Part shown: piece after piece, positions 11,762-24,887 of the stretch | How the letters are laid out: each line of letters opens with the position of its first letter | How positions within the stretch are numbered: position 1 is the first letter of the stretch | NCBI GenBank assembly: GCA_963836175.1 | Contig: CAWIIS010000008.1 | Span: forward strand, 76,387-140,386 | Direction: 5' to 3' | Length of the DNA stretch: 64,000 bases | Source: Nitrospirota bacterium | GTDB taxonomy: Bacteria; Nitrospirota; UBA9217 | Position numbers and translations under genes: made by a program | Notes under the pieces: model-generated | Told to the model about the DNA's origin: nothing | Databases searched by the model: none | What the model saw: the letters and a program-made list of their open reading frames with translations, nothing else

Positions 11762-13456
11762 ATGTGGTCACATATAAAAGTATTTATAAGCGTCATCCTG
11801 GTCGCTGTTGCGCTGAACGGGTGCGCCGTGGACATTGCGGATCCTCCGTCATCCGCTACAGCTACGAGCGTTGTCATTTCAACGAGCAGGCAGGGCGCGC
11901 AAGTTGTGTCACAGGTGAACCAGGCGAAGGAACTTGTTTACAACAGCACCGCAGTCCTGAAGTCCCTGGGTTCCGCGGGGCTCAGTGTTATAGTAACGGA
12001 CCCGACGGTCACGCTTACCGCGCCGGTGGCCTGCGCAGATTACGGAGACTACACCTATACCGGATCGGTGAACGCCTCGGGGACTTACACCCTTGACCTC
12101 ACGTTCAAGCTTTGCAGGATGGACGGCTATCAGTTTGATGGAGCATATACCCTGACCGGTACGCCCACAAGCATGAACATCACGCTGGGCTCGACAAGCT
12201 CCGCCTTCAGGGTCGTGCAGTTCAATGGGAATAATTATTCGGCGATCATCGGGACCCTTTCGATGCTGGGTATGCGGTACACCATGTCGGGCGGTAGCTC
12301 GGGCGCGAACGAAACGTACACGATCATGTCCAATGGTATCATCACGGCCTTCGATTATATCATGCTCGGCGAGTTTTCCGTGGGGCTGTCCGGTCTGACC
12401 GTGAATTACTCATCATCCATCGATGCCGTGACCAAGAACAAGATGACGACTATGGCCGTGAATGGAAGGGGGCGTGAGACCTGGACGAGCGGCTCGGTTA
12501 CTCTGACCTATACGAACTTTTCCGTCTCGAAGCTTGAATATTTCTCATCTGCCGGCCCGCCGACGGTCTATTCGGGGAGCGATACCACGGTTGATGGAAC
12601 AGTGGCGTTCGACTTCAGTCCCAGCACATACGGGAATGAAGGCATTGTTTCCGTATCGACCTCGACAGTGGGAGCGCTGCATCATAATTACACCACCGGA
12701 AAAACGACACAAGGAATCATCACGGTCAGCGGCACCGGAAGCGCCACGGCGCAGTTCAATTCCGGAGGTGGTCTTGATGTTGCTGCCCCCGGAGATGCGG
12801 CGCTGCATTTCGGCAGCGAATATTATCTTAACAGCCTTGTCAATATCTATGGCATCGAACAAGCATTGCCTGAGTTCAAGGGCGCCGCGGGTGCCATCCC
12901 GTCGGCCGGCGCGGCGGGGAGCAGATGGTCCGCGACCATGACGGTCACAGCGCTGTCCTCAGGACCGGACCTCAACTGTTATACCGACGTCCATGTTCTC
13001 TATTACAATCCCGCTGACCTGCTCGTACCGCAGATAACCTGGTATGTTGACTGGAATATCGGCCTTGTCAATTCCTGTTCGCCGCCCCCGGGGATACCCT
13101 TTGAAGAGGCACGCGACATCGGAGGCGACAGCTCCTGTGACGTCGGCCTCGATATCAACGGGAGCGCTTTTGACATTACTTCCGGCGGCGTGGAGCATTT
13201 CACCGCCACCGCTCTTCCCGAGGGTTATTATATCATCTCGATCAACAACTATAGCTGCGCCGATACGACGACAAACATGGCCTCGATCATTATCGGAGAT
13301 TATCTTTTTGGGTCGTATAACTGCTCCTCCTATACGGCGTCGGATGGAGATGGAAGTATGCCAGGAGCATGGTGCCGGCTTGCCGATGTGCGCGTGAACG
13401 CGGACAGTAGCGTCGATGTGCTGACGCCGAATCCGTCTTACAATCCATGGCATTGA
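11762..13456 (+). CDS. 564-aa Ser/Thr/Gly-rich beta-structured lipoprotein with a Cys-containing, YfaP/DUF2135-like C-terminal domain
   Basis: Lipobox LNGC; intact ORF; C-terminal TDVHV...LDING..DITSGGVEHF..LPEGYYIISINNY resembles YfaP-type domains (by eye). Confidence 0.7.
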   Translation: MWSHIKVFISVILVAVALNGCAVDIADPPSSATATSVVISTSRQGAQVVSQVNQAKELVYNSTAVLKSLGSAGLSVIVTDPTVTLTAPVACADYGDYTYTGSVNASGTYTLDLTFKLCRMDGYQFDGAYTLTGTPTSMNITLGSTSSAFRVVQFNGNNYSAIIGTLSMLGMRYTMSGGSSGANETYTIMSNGIITAFDYIMLGEFSVGLSGLTVNYSSSIDAVTKNKMTTMAVNGRGRETWTSGSVTLTYTNFSVSKLEYFSSAGPPTVYSGSDTTVDGTVAFDFSPSTYGNEGIVSVSTSTVGALHHNYTTGKTTQGIITVSGTGSATAQFNSGGGLDVAAPGDAALHFGSEYYLNSLVNIYGIEQALPEFKGAAGAIPSAGAAGSRWSATMTVTALSSGPDLNCYTDVHVLYYNPADLLVPQITWYVDWNIGLVNSCSPPPGIPFEEARDIGGDSSCDVGLDINGSAFDITSGGVEHFTATALPEGYYIISINNYSCADTTTNMASIIIGDYLFGSYNCSSYTASDGDGSMPGAWCRLADVRVNADSSVDVLTPNPSYNPWH

Positions 13457-13488
13457 TCGAGCGAGCACTCGTACGCTACGGGCATTTC

Positions 13489-13525
13489 AACGGCAGGGCG
13501 CGGTCGGTGCCCTGCCGTTCTTTTC
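13489..13525 (+). terminator. Rho-independent terminator
   Basis: AACGGCAGGGC..GCCCTGCCGTT followed by CTTTT. Confidence 0.75.
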
Positions 13526-13560
13526 AATAACCCGCCGATAAAGGTCTCTTCCTCGATTCT

Positions 13561-14214
13561 ATGCACAGCAAAAAAGAAATTGTTTGCGATCTCCTCGAAA
13601 GAAACGAAGTCGGGTCCGTTGCCTCGCTTGCAAGAAATGACCGGAAGATAATATCTCTTCTTGTCAGGCTTGCCTACGAAAAGGAAACCCTTGTCGGTTG
13701 GCGTGCCATTAAGGCCGTGGGTATCATTGCGCAGGAACTTGTCAAAACGGATTATGAATATTTAAGAAACACCGTCCGGAAACTTCGCTGGTCCCTGTCC
13801 GATGAATCCGGCGGCATCGGCTGGTCGGCCCCTGAATTGATCGGTGAGATCGTTTGCGCCGACCCCCGGCGTTTTGCCGATATTGTTCCACTGATCGCGG
13901 ATGTCTACACTATTGAAGAGGATGTGTTCAGGCCCGGAGTTCTTTACGCGTTCAGCAGGATCGCGGAATCGGCTCCAGACCTTGTAGCGCCCTTCTCTGA
14001 TGTTATCAATGCTGCGCTGAGTGATAAAAATGCACTGGTTCGCTTCCATGCTCTGGAAACGATAGGGAAATTGAAAGACGTCTCGGAATTTTCAATCGCA
14101 ACAGATATTATTGAAAAGCTTAAACATGACAGTAGTGAAGTTTGGGTGTATCAGAGGGATGCTTTCGTCAATGTTGTAGTGGGTGACGCTGCTAAAAATA
14201 TCGTAATTTGGTAG
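13561..14214 (+). CDS. HEAT/PBS-lyase-like repeat protein (DVU0298-like family)
   Basis: WRAIKAVG, LRWSLSDESGGIGWSAPELIGEI, helical repeats. Confidence 0.7.
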   Translation: MHSKKEIVCDLLERNEVGSVASLARNDRKIISLLVRLAYEKETLVGWRAIKAVGIIAQELVKTDYEYLRNTVRKLRWSLSDESGGIGWSAPELIGEIVCADPRRFADIVPLIADVYTIEEDVFRPGVLYAFSRIAESAPDLVAPFSDVINAALSDKNALVRFHALETIGKLKDVSEFSIATDIIEKLKHDSSEVWVYQRDAFVNVVVGDAAKNIVIW

Positions 14215-14291
14215 TATTATTAATTCGGCATGTCGTATTTTAATGCGTTTGGTGGGAAGTTGCCTTCAAGCGCACTTTTTATGTAAACATG

Positions 14292-14321
14292 CTTGACAAT
14301 GATTGACTCATATTTTATATT
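14292..14321 (+). promoter_or_regulatory. sigma70 promoter overlapped by a HAIR-like (HspR) operator
   Basis: CTTGACA-N7-ACTCATA versus the HAIR consensus CTTGAGT-N7-ACTCAAG; TTGACA-17-TATATT; directly upstream of dnaJ-hspR-clpB. Confidence 0.65.
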
Positions 14322-14350
14322 ATAACTATTGTAAGATTATTGGGGGGTAT

Positions 14351-15486
14351 ATGGCAACTGGTACAAATAGCGATTACTACGAACTTTTGGGTCTGAAAAA
14401 GACTGCTTCCGAGGCTGAAATCAAGAAGGCATTCAGGAAGTTTGCCCGGAAATATCATCCTGATGTGAATCCCGGGGACAAGGCTTCCGAGTCGAAGTTC
14501 AAGGAAATAAGCGAGGCCTATGAAGTCCTGTCAGACCCGAAGAAGCGGCAGCAATATGACCAGTTCGGCCATGCAGCTTTCGAGCAGGGTTTTGACACGC
14601 AGCAGCGGCCGGGAGGAGGTTTTGGGGGCGCCGCCCAGGGCGGTGACTTCTTCAGGGGCGGCAATTTCGAGGACCTCTTCGGAAATCTTTTCGGCGGCGG
14701 CGCGGCACGGCAGCGCGGTCCCCGGAAAGGCGAGGACCTGACCTATTCGGTTGAAGTGGACCTCGAGGATGCCATTTTCGGCAGGACCATGCAGGTAGAA
14801 CTGCGGCGTGATGCACCGTGCGGCGCCTGTTCCGGTTCGGGCGCAGCTCCGGGCAGTTCGCCGCGGACCTGTCCGTCCTGCATGGGTTCGGGACGCATCT
14901 CTCAGGGAAAAGGCTTCATGCAGATCGCCCAGCCTTGTCCTACCTGCCGCGGAGAAGGCACGATCAATCCGAATCCCTGCAGGTCCTGCAACGGCAGCGG
15001 CAGCGTGCCGAAGACCGAGCGCATCAATGTCAAGATCCCTCCCGGCGTTGACAACGGGTCCAAGATCCGCGTATCAGGCATGGGAGAGGCCGGCGCCAAG
15101 GGCGGCCCTCCGGCGACCTCTATATCCTCACCAAGGTGCGGCCTCACCAGCACTTTGAGCGCAAAGGCGACGATCTCTATGCCGACGTGCGCGTTACCGT
15201 AAAGGAAGCGGCATTGGGCGACAAAGTGGAGATCCCGACCGTGGACGGCATGGTCACGCTCACGCTGCCGCCGGGCGTGCAGTCGGGCCAGCAGTTGAAG
15301 CTCACGGGAAAAGGCGTGCCCCATCTGGGCGGCGGAGGCGTGGGCGACCAGTATGCAACCATCAAGGTGGTCACGCCTGCAGGGTTGAGCGAACGCGGAA
15401 AAGAGCTGCTCAGAGAGCTCGACAAGCTGCATCCTTCCAACCCGCGTCAGGATACTTCCTTCAAGGGTTTCAGGAAGAGAAGTTGA
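14351..15486 (+). CDS. dnaJ: Chaperone DnaJ; frameshift near 15110
   Basis: J domain DYYELLG..YHPD, G/F-rich region, four CxxCxGxG motifs; C-terminus in ORF 15136..15486. Confidence 0.93.
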
Positions 15487-15520
15487 GTTTGGAGCTCACG
15501 ATGAAAACCAGGTCTGCGGA

Positions 15521-15946
15521 GTGATGATGGCTGAGCGAAAACATCGGTTGTATATGATCAGTGTGGTGTCGGAAATGCTGGGGATCCATCCTCAGACGCT
15601 GCGGATCTATGAGCGCGAAGGTTTTATCAAACCGTCGCGGAGCGTCGGGAATACGCGGCTCTATTCCGAAGACGATATCGAGAAGCTCGAAATGGTGCTG
15701 CGGCTCACGCGCGACCTCGGCGTCAACCTTGCGGGTGTTGAAGTGATCCTCTCGATGCGCGAGAAGATGGAGCAGATGCAGCGGAGCATGGAGGAGACGA
15801 TCAGGCAGCTCCAGGAAGAGCTGTTCGAGATGCGGCGGCAGGAGGAAGAGTCGGAATCGATGTGCGGATTGCGAAGGATTGTGAACTGCAGTAACGATTC
15901 ATACTGCCAGGCTTTTAAATTTAAATCCGAAATCGAATCGCAATAA
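15521..15946 (+). CDS. hspR: Heat-shock repressor HspR (MerR family); the tail may be read-through into a decayed repeat
   Basis: YMISVVSEMLGIHPQTLRIYEREG..PSRS.GNTRLYS, LGVNLAGV; between dnaJ and clpB. Confidence 0.85.
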   Translation: MMMAERKHRLYMISVVSEMLGIHPQTLRIYEREGFIKPSRSVGNTRLYSEDDIEKLEMVLRLTRDLGVNLAGVEVILSMREKMEQMQRSMEETIRQLQEELFEMRRQEEESESMCGLRRIVNCSNDSYCQAFKFKSEIESQ

Positions 15947-15968
15947 GAATGCATTTTGGAGGTTTCCC

Positions 15969-18573
<2,605 letters not shown>

Positions 18574-18700
18574 CGTTTTTTACGGCAACGAAATATGGTG
18601 CGGGACAATAATTCCATTTGCAGCGGAGAGAAAAATGGTATATATACTAACAAACTTTTCCTTCCGGGAGCGTTCCCGGCAGGAGTCCGGAAGGTCGTGC

Positions 18701-19840
18701 ATGCCCAGAAAAACGAAGGCCCCTAAAGATGCAATGCCGGAAACCGTGCGGGAATTTAAACCGCTTTTTTACCGGAAGCTCATGGAAACGCATTTATTCT
18801 ATGAGGTGGGGAAGACCATCGCTTCCGAGCTTGAACCCTACGACCTGGTCCAGAAAGTCATCACGCGCGGTCGGGAAAGCGATCAACTTTGAGGACGCCC
18901 TCGTCTACATGGTCAAAAAGGACATGACCGACGCTGGAGCCCTTTTACTTTCAAGGCCCCCTTTTCCGGGGCAGGGTCCTGGGTTCGATCTTTTTCGATA
19001 ACGGCGCGCCGGGTCGGATAGCGGCCACAGGCGAGCCGCTTTTTTTCCCGGACACCGGCGGGTTCGAAGGCTTCATCCATCATCCCGACGAAGCCCGGAA
19101 GGCCGGGAGCTATATGGGCGTCGCTCTGAAGAACGAGACCCAGGTCGTCGGCATCATCGGGCTTGAGCCACAGCAAACGCGACGCTTTTCGCATCGAGGA
19201 CTTCGACCTGATCCGGACCATCTCCCATCTGATCTCGGTGGGGCTTGAAAAGGCCGAGCTGTTCAGGAAAACGCTCGATCTTGCGCGGGTCGACGAATTG
19301 ACCGGGCTGCTCAATTACCGGGTGCTGCTCGAAAAGCTCGAAGAGGAGGCGCGGCGGCAGGCGCGGACCGGCCGCGAGTTTTCCTTTATCATGATCGACA
19401 TCGATGATTTCAAGCGGATCAACGACCGCTACGGCCACCTCGAGGGGAGCAGGCTGCTGGCCCAGATCGGGCCGGTGCTGCAGGCCTCATGCCGGAAGGA
19501 CAGCACGGATGTCTGCTTCCGTTACGGCGGCGAGGAGTTCTCGATCCTCCTCGGCGAAACAGGGATGGAGGAAGCCGCTGTTGTGGCGGAGCGCGTACGG
19601 CGGAGCGTGGAGGAGTATCCTTTTACCGTCAAGGCGCTGCACCCCCAGGAGCCGGTGACGGTCAGCCTCGGCGTCTCCACGGTGGGACAGGGCAACGAGA
19701 AATCAGTGAACGAACTGGTGCACGAGGCCGACATCGCACTGTACCGGTCAAAAGCGGAAGGAAAAAACAAGGTTACGTGCTATACGCGGGGCTGCGGCAT
19801 GCCGGTGCGCGGGGCCGATCAGAACCGCGCACTAAACTAA
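18701..19840 (+). CDS. GAF-GGDEF diguanylate cyclase; frameshifts in the GAF region
   Basis: DELTGLLN, DIDDFKRINDRYGH, RYGGEEF, ADIALYRSK.EGKN; upstream GAF-like pieces. Confidence 0.85.
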
Positions 19841-20010
19841 AAGCAGCCAAGCTGGCATGCGGTTATTTTTATCTTCAGCACGTTGCAGATCCTGCCTATC
19901 TCGCTGACCGGGACCTTCAGTTCTTCCGCCAGTTCGCGTGCCTTTTCACAGGACAACCGGTTCTCGGCGGCAGCCTTTCTGACCACATCGACAATATTCT
20001 CCTGATCCAT
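19837..20010 (-). CDS. Small conserved hypothetical protein (57 aa) ending in CQLGCF
   Basis: MDQENIV..RLSCEKA.ELA.EL..IGRICN.LKIKI.ACQLGCF; GGAGG RBS. Confidence 0.75.
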   Translation of the reverse strand: MDQENIVDVVRKAAAENRLSCEKARELAEELKVPVSEIGRICNVLKIKITACQLGCF

Positions 20011-20175
20011 GATTCCCTCCCTGATGATCTGTTCATCCTTCAGCATAGTACCCGAAGCAGGATGCAGAGTGCAAGCGGATGCTGCCATAGATGCAACATG
20101 CGCTGATTCCGGGGTTGACTTGTTTCAGGCTCTTGGATAGAATGAATCATTCGTTTTACGAAGGAGGAATTGTAC

Positions 20176-21108
20176 ATGGCACAACTGTATGACGCGATCA
20201 TCATCGGTTCCGGTCCCGCGGGCCTTACCGCCGCGCTCTATCTCGGCAGGGCCGGCCAGAAATGCGTAGTACTCGAAAAAGATTTTGTCGGCGGCTATAC
20301 CGCCAAGATCTCCCATATTGAGAACTATCCCGGCTATGAGACCATCAACGGCATGGACCTTACCCAGATCATGGCAAAGCAGGCCGAGAAATTCGGCGCG
20401 ACGATCATCTATCCGGTGGAAGTCGTGGACATGGAGCTTACGGGCGAGATCAAGCGCGTGCGCACCCGCGACGAGGTCTATGAAGGGCACGTGGTGATCA
20501 TCGCGATCGGCGTGGCCAGGAAAAAGCTCGAAGTGCCCGGCGCCAAGGAGTTCCTCGGCAAGGGCGTGTCCTACTGCGCCACCTGTGACGGCAACTTCTT
20601 CAAGGGCAGGAAGGTCGCTGTGGTCGGCTCCGACAACGAGGCTGCGGAGGAAGCGCTGCACCTTGCCGACCTCGCCGAGAAGGTCACGGTGGTGCCGCAC
20701 AAGGAGCTTGATATCGTGACTGCCGTCCTGACCCGGCTCAAGTCCAAGCCGAACGTGGAGATCCTTCCGACGGCGAAGATCCATGCCGTCGTGGGAGATG
20801 AACTGGTCACGGGCCTCAAGATCAGCCGCGATGGGACCGAGGCCGTGCTGGAACTCGAAGGCGTCTTCATCGCCATGGGGTCCACCCCCATCTCGCAGCT
20901 CATCCTGAAAGCGGGCGGCCTGACGGACGACCGGGGCTGCCTGATCGTGGACAAGCACCAGCGCATGAACCTCGACGGCGTGTTCGCTGCCGGCGACTGC
21001 ACCTGCGGCGGGATGCAGATCGTTGCCGCGGCGGGCGAAGGGTCTGTTGCCGGGATGCGGGCCGCATCGTACGTGCGCAAGATCAAGGCGAAGGCGGAAG
21101 GAAAGTAG
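20176..21108 (+). CDS. trxB: Thioredoxin reductase-like flavoprotein with a degenerate NADPH-binding motif
   Basis: GSGPAGLTAA, IENYPG, GVSYCATCDG, FAAGD; AGGAGG RBS. Confidence 0.85.
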   Translation: MAQLYDAIIIGSGPAGLTAALYLGRAGQKCVVLEKDFVGGYTAKISHIENYPGYETINGMDLTQIMAKQAEKFGATIIYPVEVVDMELTGEIKRVRTRDEVYEGHVVIIAIGVARKKLEVPGAKEFLGKGVSYCATCDGNFFKGRKVAVVGSDNEAAEEALHLADLAEKVTVVPHKELDIVTAVLTRLKSKPNVEILPTAKIHAVVGDELVTGLKISRDGTEAVLELEGVFIAMGSTPISQLILKAGGLTDDRGCLIVDKHQRMNLDGVFAAGDCTCGGMQIVAAAGEGSVAGMRAASYVRKIKAKAEGK

Positions 21109-21117
21109 GAATGATCA

Positions 21118-21197
21118 ATGCAAAGTGCAAAATGCAAAATTTAAATTGCAAAATGCCCTTACTTTGCACTTCGCGCTTTGCACTTTGCATTTTGCAA
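21118..21197. repeat. Inverted heptamer tandem array (NTGCAAA)x5 - 10 nt - (TTTGCAN)x5
   Basis: Read directly between trxB and moeA. Confidence 0.9.
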
Positions 21198-21223
21198 TCG
21201 ACGTCAGGGACGGTGTTTTACCC

Positions 21224-22504
21224 ATGACCCTCAAGGACATGCTCGGCCGATCCGGCGTGGTATCCCGGGAAGACGCGTTCAGGGCGCTCGAGCTGCATCT
21301 GACCATTGCTCCCCCCGCACCGGAAGAACTTTTCATCAGCCTGTCCCTCGGCAGGATCGTTGCTGAAGACATCGCGTCGCCTGAAGACCTCCCTGAGTTC
21401 GACCGTTCCACCATGGACGGGTTCGCGGTGCGGAGCATTGACACCTTTGGCGCGGCCGAGTCGCGGCCCGCGCTGGTGACGATCGTGGGCGATATCGCCA
21501 TGGGCGCCATGCCCGGCCGCGCACTGTCCGCGGGCGAAGCCATGAAGATCGCGACCGGCGGCGCGCTCCCGAAAGGAGCTGATGCCGTGGTCATGCTCGA
21601 ACAGACCCAGGCTGTAGACGCGGCACAGATCGAAGTGGTGAAGCCCGTAGCACCGGTCGAAAACGTGGTCCAGGCAGGCGACGATATCAAAAAGGGCGAG
21701 ATCATCCTGGGCCGCGGCCACCGGATGCGGCCGCAGGACGCGGGCGCACTTGCAGGCGTCGGCATTACCCGGGTATGCGTTTTCAAGAAACCCCGGGTAG
21801 CGATCATCAACACCGGCAATGAAGTTGTTCCCGCCGATACCGCACCCGCTCCCGGCCAGGTGCGCGATATCAATTCCTACAACCTTGAAGGCCTTATCGC
21901 GCAAGCAGGCGGCATGCCGGTCAAGAGAGGCATTATCCCGGACGACTATGGCCGGTTGCGCGAAGCGCTCGAAGCCGCCCTCGGGGATTGCGATCTTGTC
22001 CTGATGACCGGCGGCAGTTCCGTGGGCACCATGGACCTGACCGCGAAGGTGATCAATGATCTGGGCAGGCCCGGCGTGCTGGTGCACGGCGTTTCCATCA
22101 AGCCGGGCAAGCCGCTCATTATGGGTGTGCTCGCGATACCAGCAAGGCAGGTACCGGTGTTCGGCCTGCCGGGACATCCTGCCGCGGTCAGCATCTGTTT
22201 TGAACTGTTTGTTAAACCGGTCCTTGAGCGCATGACCGGAGAAGTGCCTCATCCCGCGCTTGCGGGTGTCTTGGCATATCGCAGCGTGAAAGCGAAACTG
22301 GCCAGGAGCATTTCTTCCTCACCGGGGCGCGAGGACCATGTGCGGGTCACGCTTGAAAAGAAGGACGACGGCCTCTGGGCCAGACCTGTGTTCGGCGCAT
22401 CAGGGCTGATCAGCACGCTGGTAAAAGCCGTGGGCACGGTCGTGGTGCCGGTCAATAAGATCGGGATCGAGGTCGGCGAGGAAGTGGAAGTAAGGCTGTT
22501 CTGA
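21224..22504 (+). CDS. moeA: Molybdopterin molybdotransferase MoeA (gephyrin-like)
   Basis: PEFDRSTMDGFAV, IATGGALP.GADAVVM.E, TGNEV, TGGSSVG, KPGKP, GLPGHP. Confidence 0.93.
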   Translation: MTLKDMLGRSGVVSREDAFRALELHLTIAPPAPEELFISLSLGRIVAEDIASPEDLPEFDRSTMDGFAVRSIDTFGAAESRPALVTIVGDIAMGAMPGRALSAGEAMKIATGGALPKGADAVVMLEQTQAVDAAQIEVVKPVAPVENVVQAGDDIKKGEIILGRGHRMRPQDAGALAGVGITRVCVFKKPRVAIINTGNEVVPADTAPAPGQVRDINSYNLEGLIAQAGGMPVKRGIIPDDYGRLREALEAALGDCDLVLMTGGSSVGTMDLTAKVINDLGRPGVLVHGVSIKPGKPLIMGVLAIPARQVPVFGLPGHPAAVSICFELFVKPVLERMTGEVPHPALAGVLAYRSVKAKLARSISSSPGREDHVRVTLEKKDDGLWARPVFGASGLISTLVKAVGTVVVPVNKIGIEVGEEVEVRLF

Positions 22505-22603
22505 GTAACTCGGTCCGCAAAACATTTACGTTCCCAAGGTGAGCCTGATCGACGAAGAACTCTTGCGGAACTGCTGATCGTTAGGACTGGTAGTGACTTT
22601 GAC

Positions 22604-24887
22604 ATGGTAAAAGACCGGGTAACGAAGGATCAACAAAAGACGGCTCAGGAACAGATTCCTGAAGCCGCAAGCAAGGAATTACCTCTTGATTCGCGTCTAT
22701 TGTCTGACGCCGTCATCGAACTGAATATTTCCCGCAAGAATGTCGGCATCTATCCTCCCGGCCACATCCAGATTTCAAAAAGCATTACTCGCTCCTATGA
22801 AGCGATGCTTAAACTGTTCGAGGTGCGTGCGGAGATGACGCTCGGCATTGCCAAGGACACGCTGTTCGTGGGGCAGGACTACCTGGACCGCGCCAATCCC
22901 GTGTACCGGGACTTCGCGCTTTCCCTGTACAACCAGGGAATCGCAGCGGTGACCTTCAAAAGGGGTATGGACCGGGACGAATTGGTTCGGCTTCACCGGA
23001 TAATTACCACGAGACCGGAAGAGATCAAGTCCCGGGGCGGCATTGCCGAGGTCGTTGACGAATCCGATATCCCCCACATTCGCATCACTCCCATAAACTA
23101 TGCAGGTTTTCATGTCACGGAAGAGCAGGAGATCTGCTCGAGACCGCGTTGTCAAACCCGAGACAGAAGAAGGTGTCGGCTTGTGGGGGGAATTCGTTTC
23201 TCATCTTTCCGCGGGGACGATTGCCTTTGCCGGCAAGGACCAGGGGGTCTCTCTCAAGGATGCGGAACAGGTGGATCCGGCAGAACTGGCCAGACTCCTG
23301 AACGAGCGCAAACTCGATCCGCATGTGGTGCTGCAGAGCTATGACAAGGTCATTTCAAGCCATGTGCGGGTCCGGGCCGAACAGAAACAGCTGAGCCGGT
23401 CGCAATCGAACACGCTCCGGAGCCTGAACAACCTAATGAAAGACCTGCACCCCGATCTCAGGAAGCAGTTCCTGGCAGTGACCTTCGAACGAACGGCGGA
23501 AGCGTCGCCAGCGGTGACCGAGGAAATCATGGGCGGCATGACTGACGACATGGTCATCGACATGCTCCAGCAAGCCAGTTTCCAGGGAAGAGAAATATCG
23601 CCGACACTCACCGGGTTGCTCCAAAAGCTCGCCAGTGCCAGTGATGTTGCAGCGAGTGCAGAAAGCGGCGGAAAAGCATCGGGCGGAACTCCGGCTGCAG
23701 CGCTCTCGCAGGAACAGGTGCAGGCGCTGTTCAAACGGGAAAATTACGAACAGTTTGTATCCACCGAGTATGCGGAAACGCTTGGTAAACTGTCGCAACG
23801 TCAGCCGGGCCAGATGGCGGCGGCCGCAGGCACATTCCCGATCGAAGAGTATATCGCCACGATGACGGAGGAACGGCTCGATTACCAGATCGGCCGGGTC
23901 CTGCTCGGTTTTATCGATGAAGACATTTCGGACGACGACTACGGCGAGTTTCTGAAGAAAGTGGTTTCGAATCTGCCCGAACTGGTCCGCTCCGAGCAAT
24001 TCGCGATGCTTCACGACACCTTTGAAACGCTCCGCCTGCACAGCAGGGAAAAGAAGTCCATGACGATCCGGTCCATGGTTGATATCGCGCTCCGGGGTTT
24101 TCGGGACCCGGCATTCATAGGATCTGTCGTAGATGCATGGGGCCTCTGCACCAGCAAGGAGAAGATGCGTGCTGCAACGAACTTCCTTCTTTCTCTCGGC
24201 CCTGATGCGCTTCCGCCGCTCCTTGATCTGTACTCACAGGGCGAGACTGCCGGGGGAAAGCGCTCCGTATTCGACCTCCTCTGCAGGTTCGGCAACACAG
24301 CGGCGCAGGAGGCGGTGAAGCGTCTTACTGATAAACGGCCCTTGTATGTTCGCAATCTGCTGATGCTTATCCGATGGGGATGGGATAATTCCGTAGTCCC
24401 CGCAATACGGCCGTTGGTCCAGCACAAAGACCGGATGGTCAGGCTGGAGGCGATCACCGCGTTGCTTCGGTTTCGCGATGCCTCGGCGATTCCCGCGCTG
24501 CGCACGCTGATACAGGACAACGATCCTGATGTGGCCGCCCTGGCCGTGGCGCTGGCGGGCCAGTTTCGCGTGCGGGCGGCCGTTGATCTGATCCTCGGCA
24601 AGCTCAAAAAGGTCATTCTCTTCGAGAGCGACTACGGATACAACGAGGAGATCATTCTGGCGCTGGGCGAGATCGGCGATCCCCGGTCAATACCGGAACT
24701 GGAGCGGATCGCAACAGGGGGGTGGCCGCTTTTTCCCAAACGCCGCAACCGCATGAAAGCGATGCTCTTCGAATCCCTGGGACGCTATCCACGGCAAAGC
24801 ATCAGTGGCCTGATTTCCATCGGCATGCAATCGGGCGATCCGCGCATTCTTCGTGCCTGCGCCAAACTGGGAGCAGAGAAACCGTGA
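22604..24887 (+). CDS. Large HEAT-repeat protein; frameshift near 23140
   Basis: ORFs 22604..23344 and 23100..24887 join; C-terminal HEAT repeats D.RPLYVRN, H.D.MVRLEAI.AL, ALGEIGDPRSIPEL. Confidence 0.75.

Noticed and set aside
21118-21197. Repeat arrays as CRISPR
   Set aside because: Units are 7-8 nt in tandem with no unique spacers, and there are no cas genes
21109-21223. Moco/Wco riboswitch upstream of either moeA
   Set aside because: This leader is occupied by a heptamer array, and the leader at 26114-26462 shows no recognisable aptamer; an Rfam search would be needed
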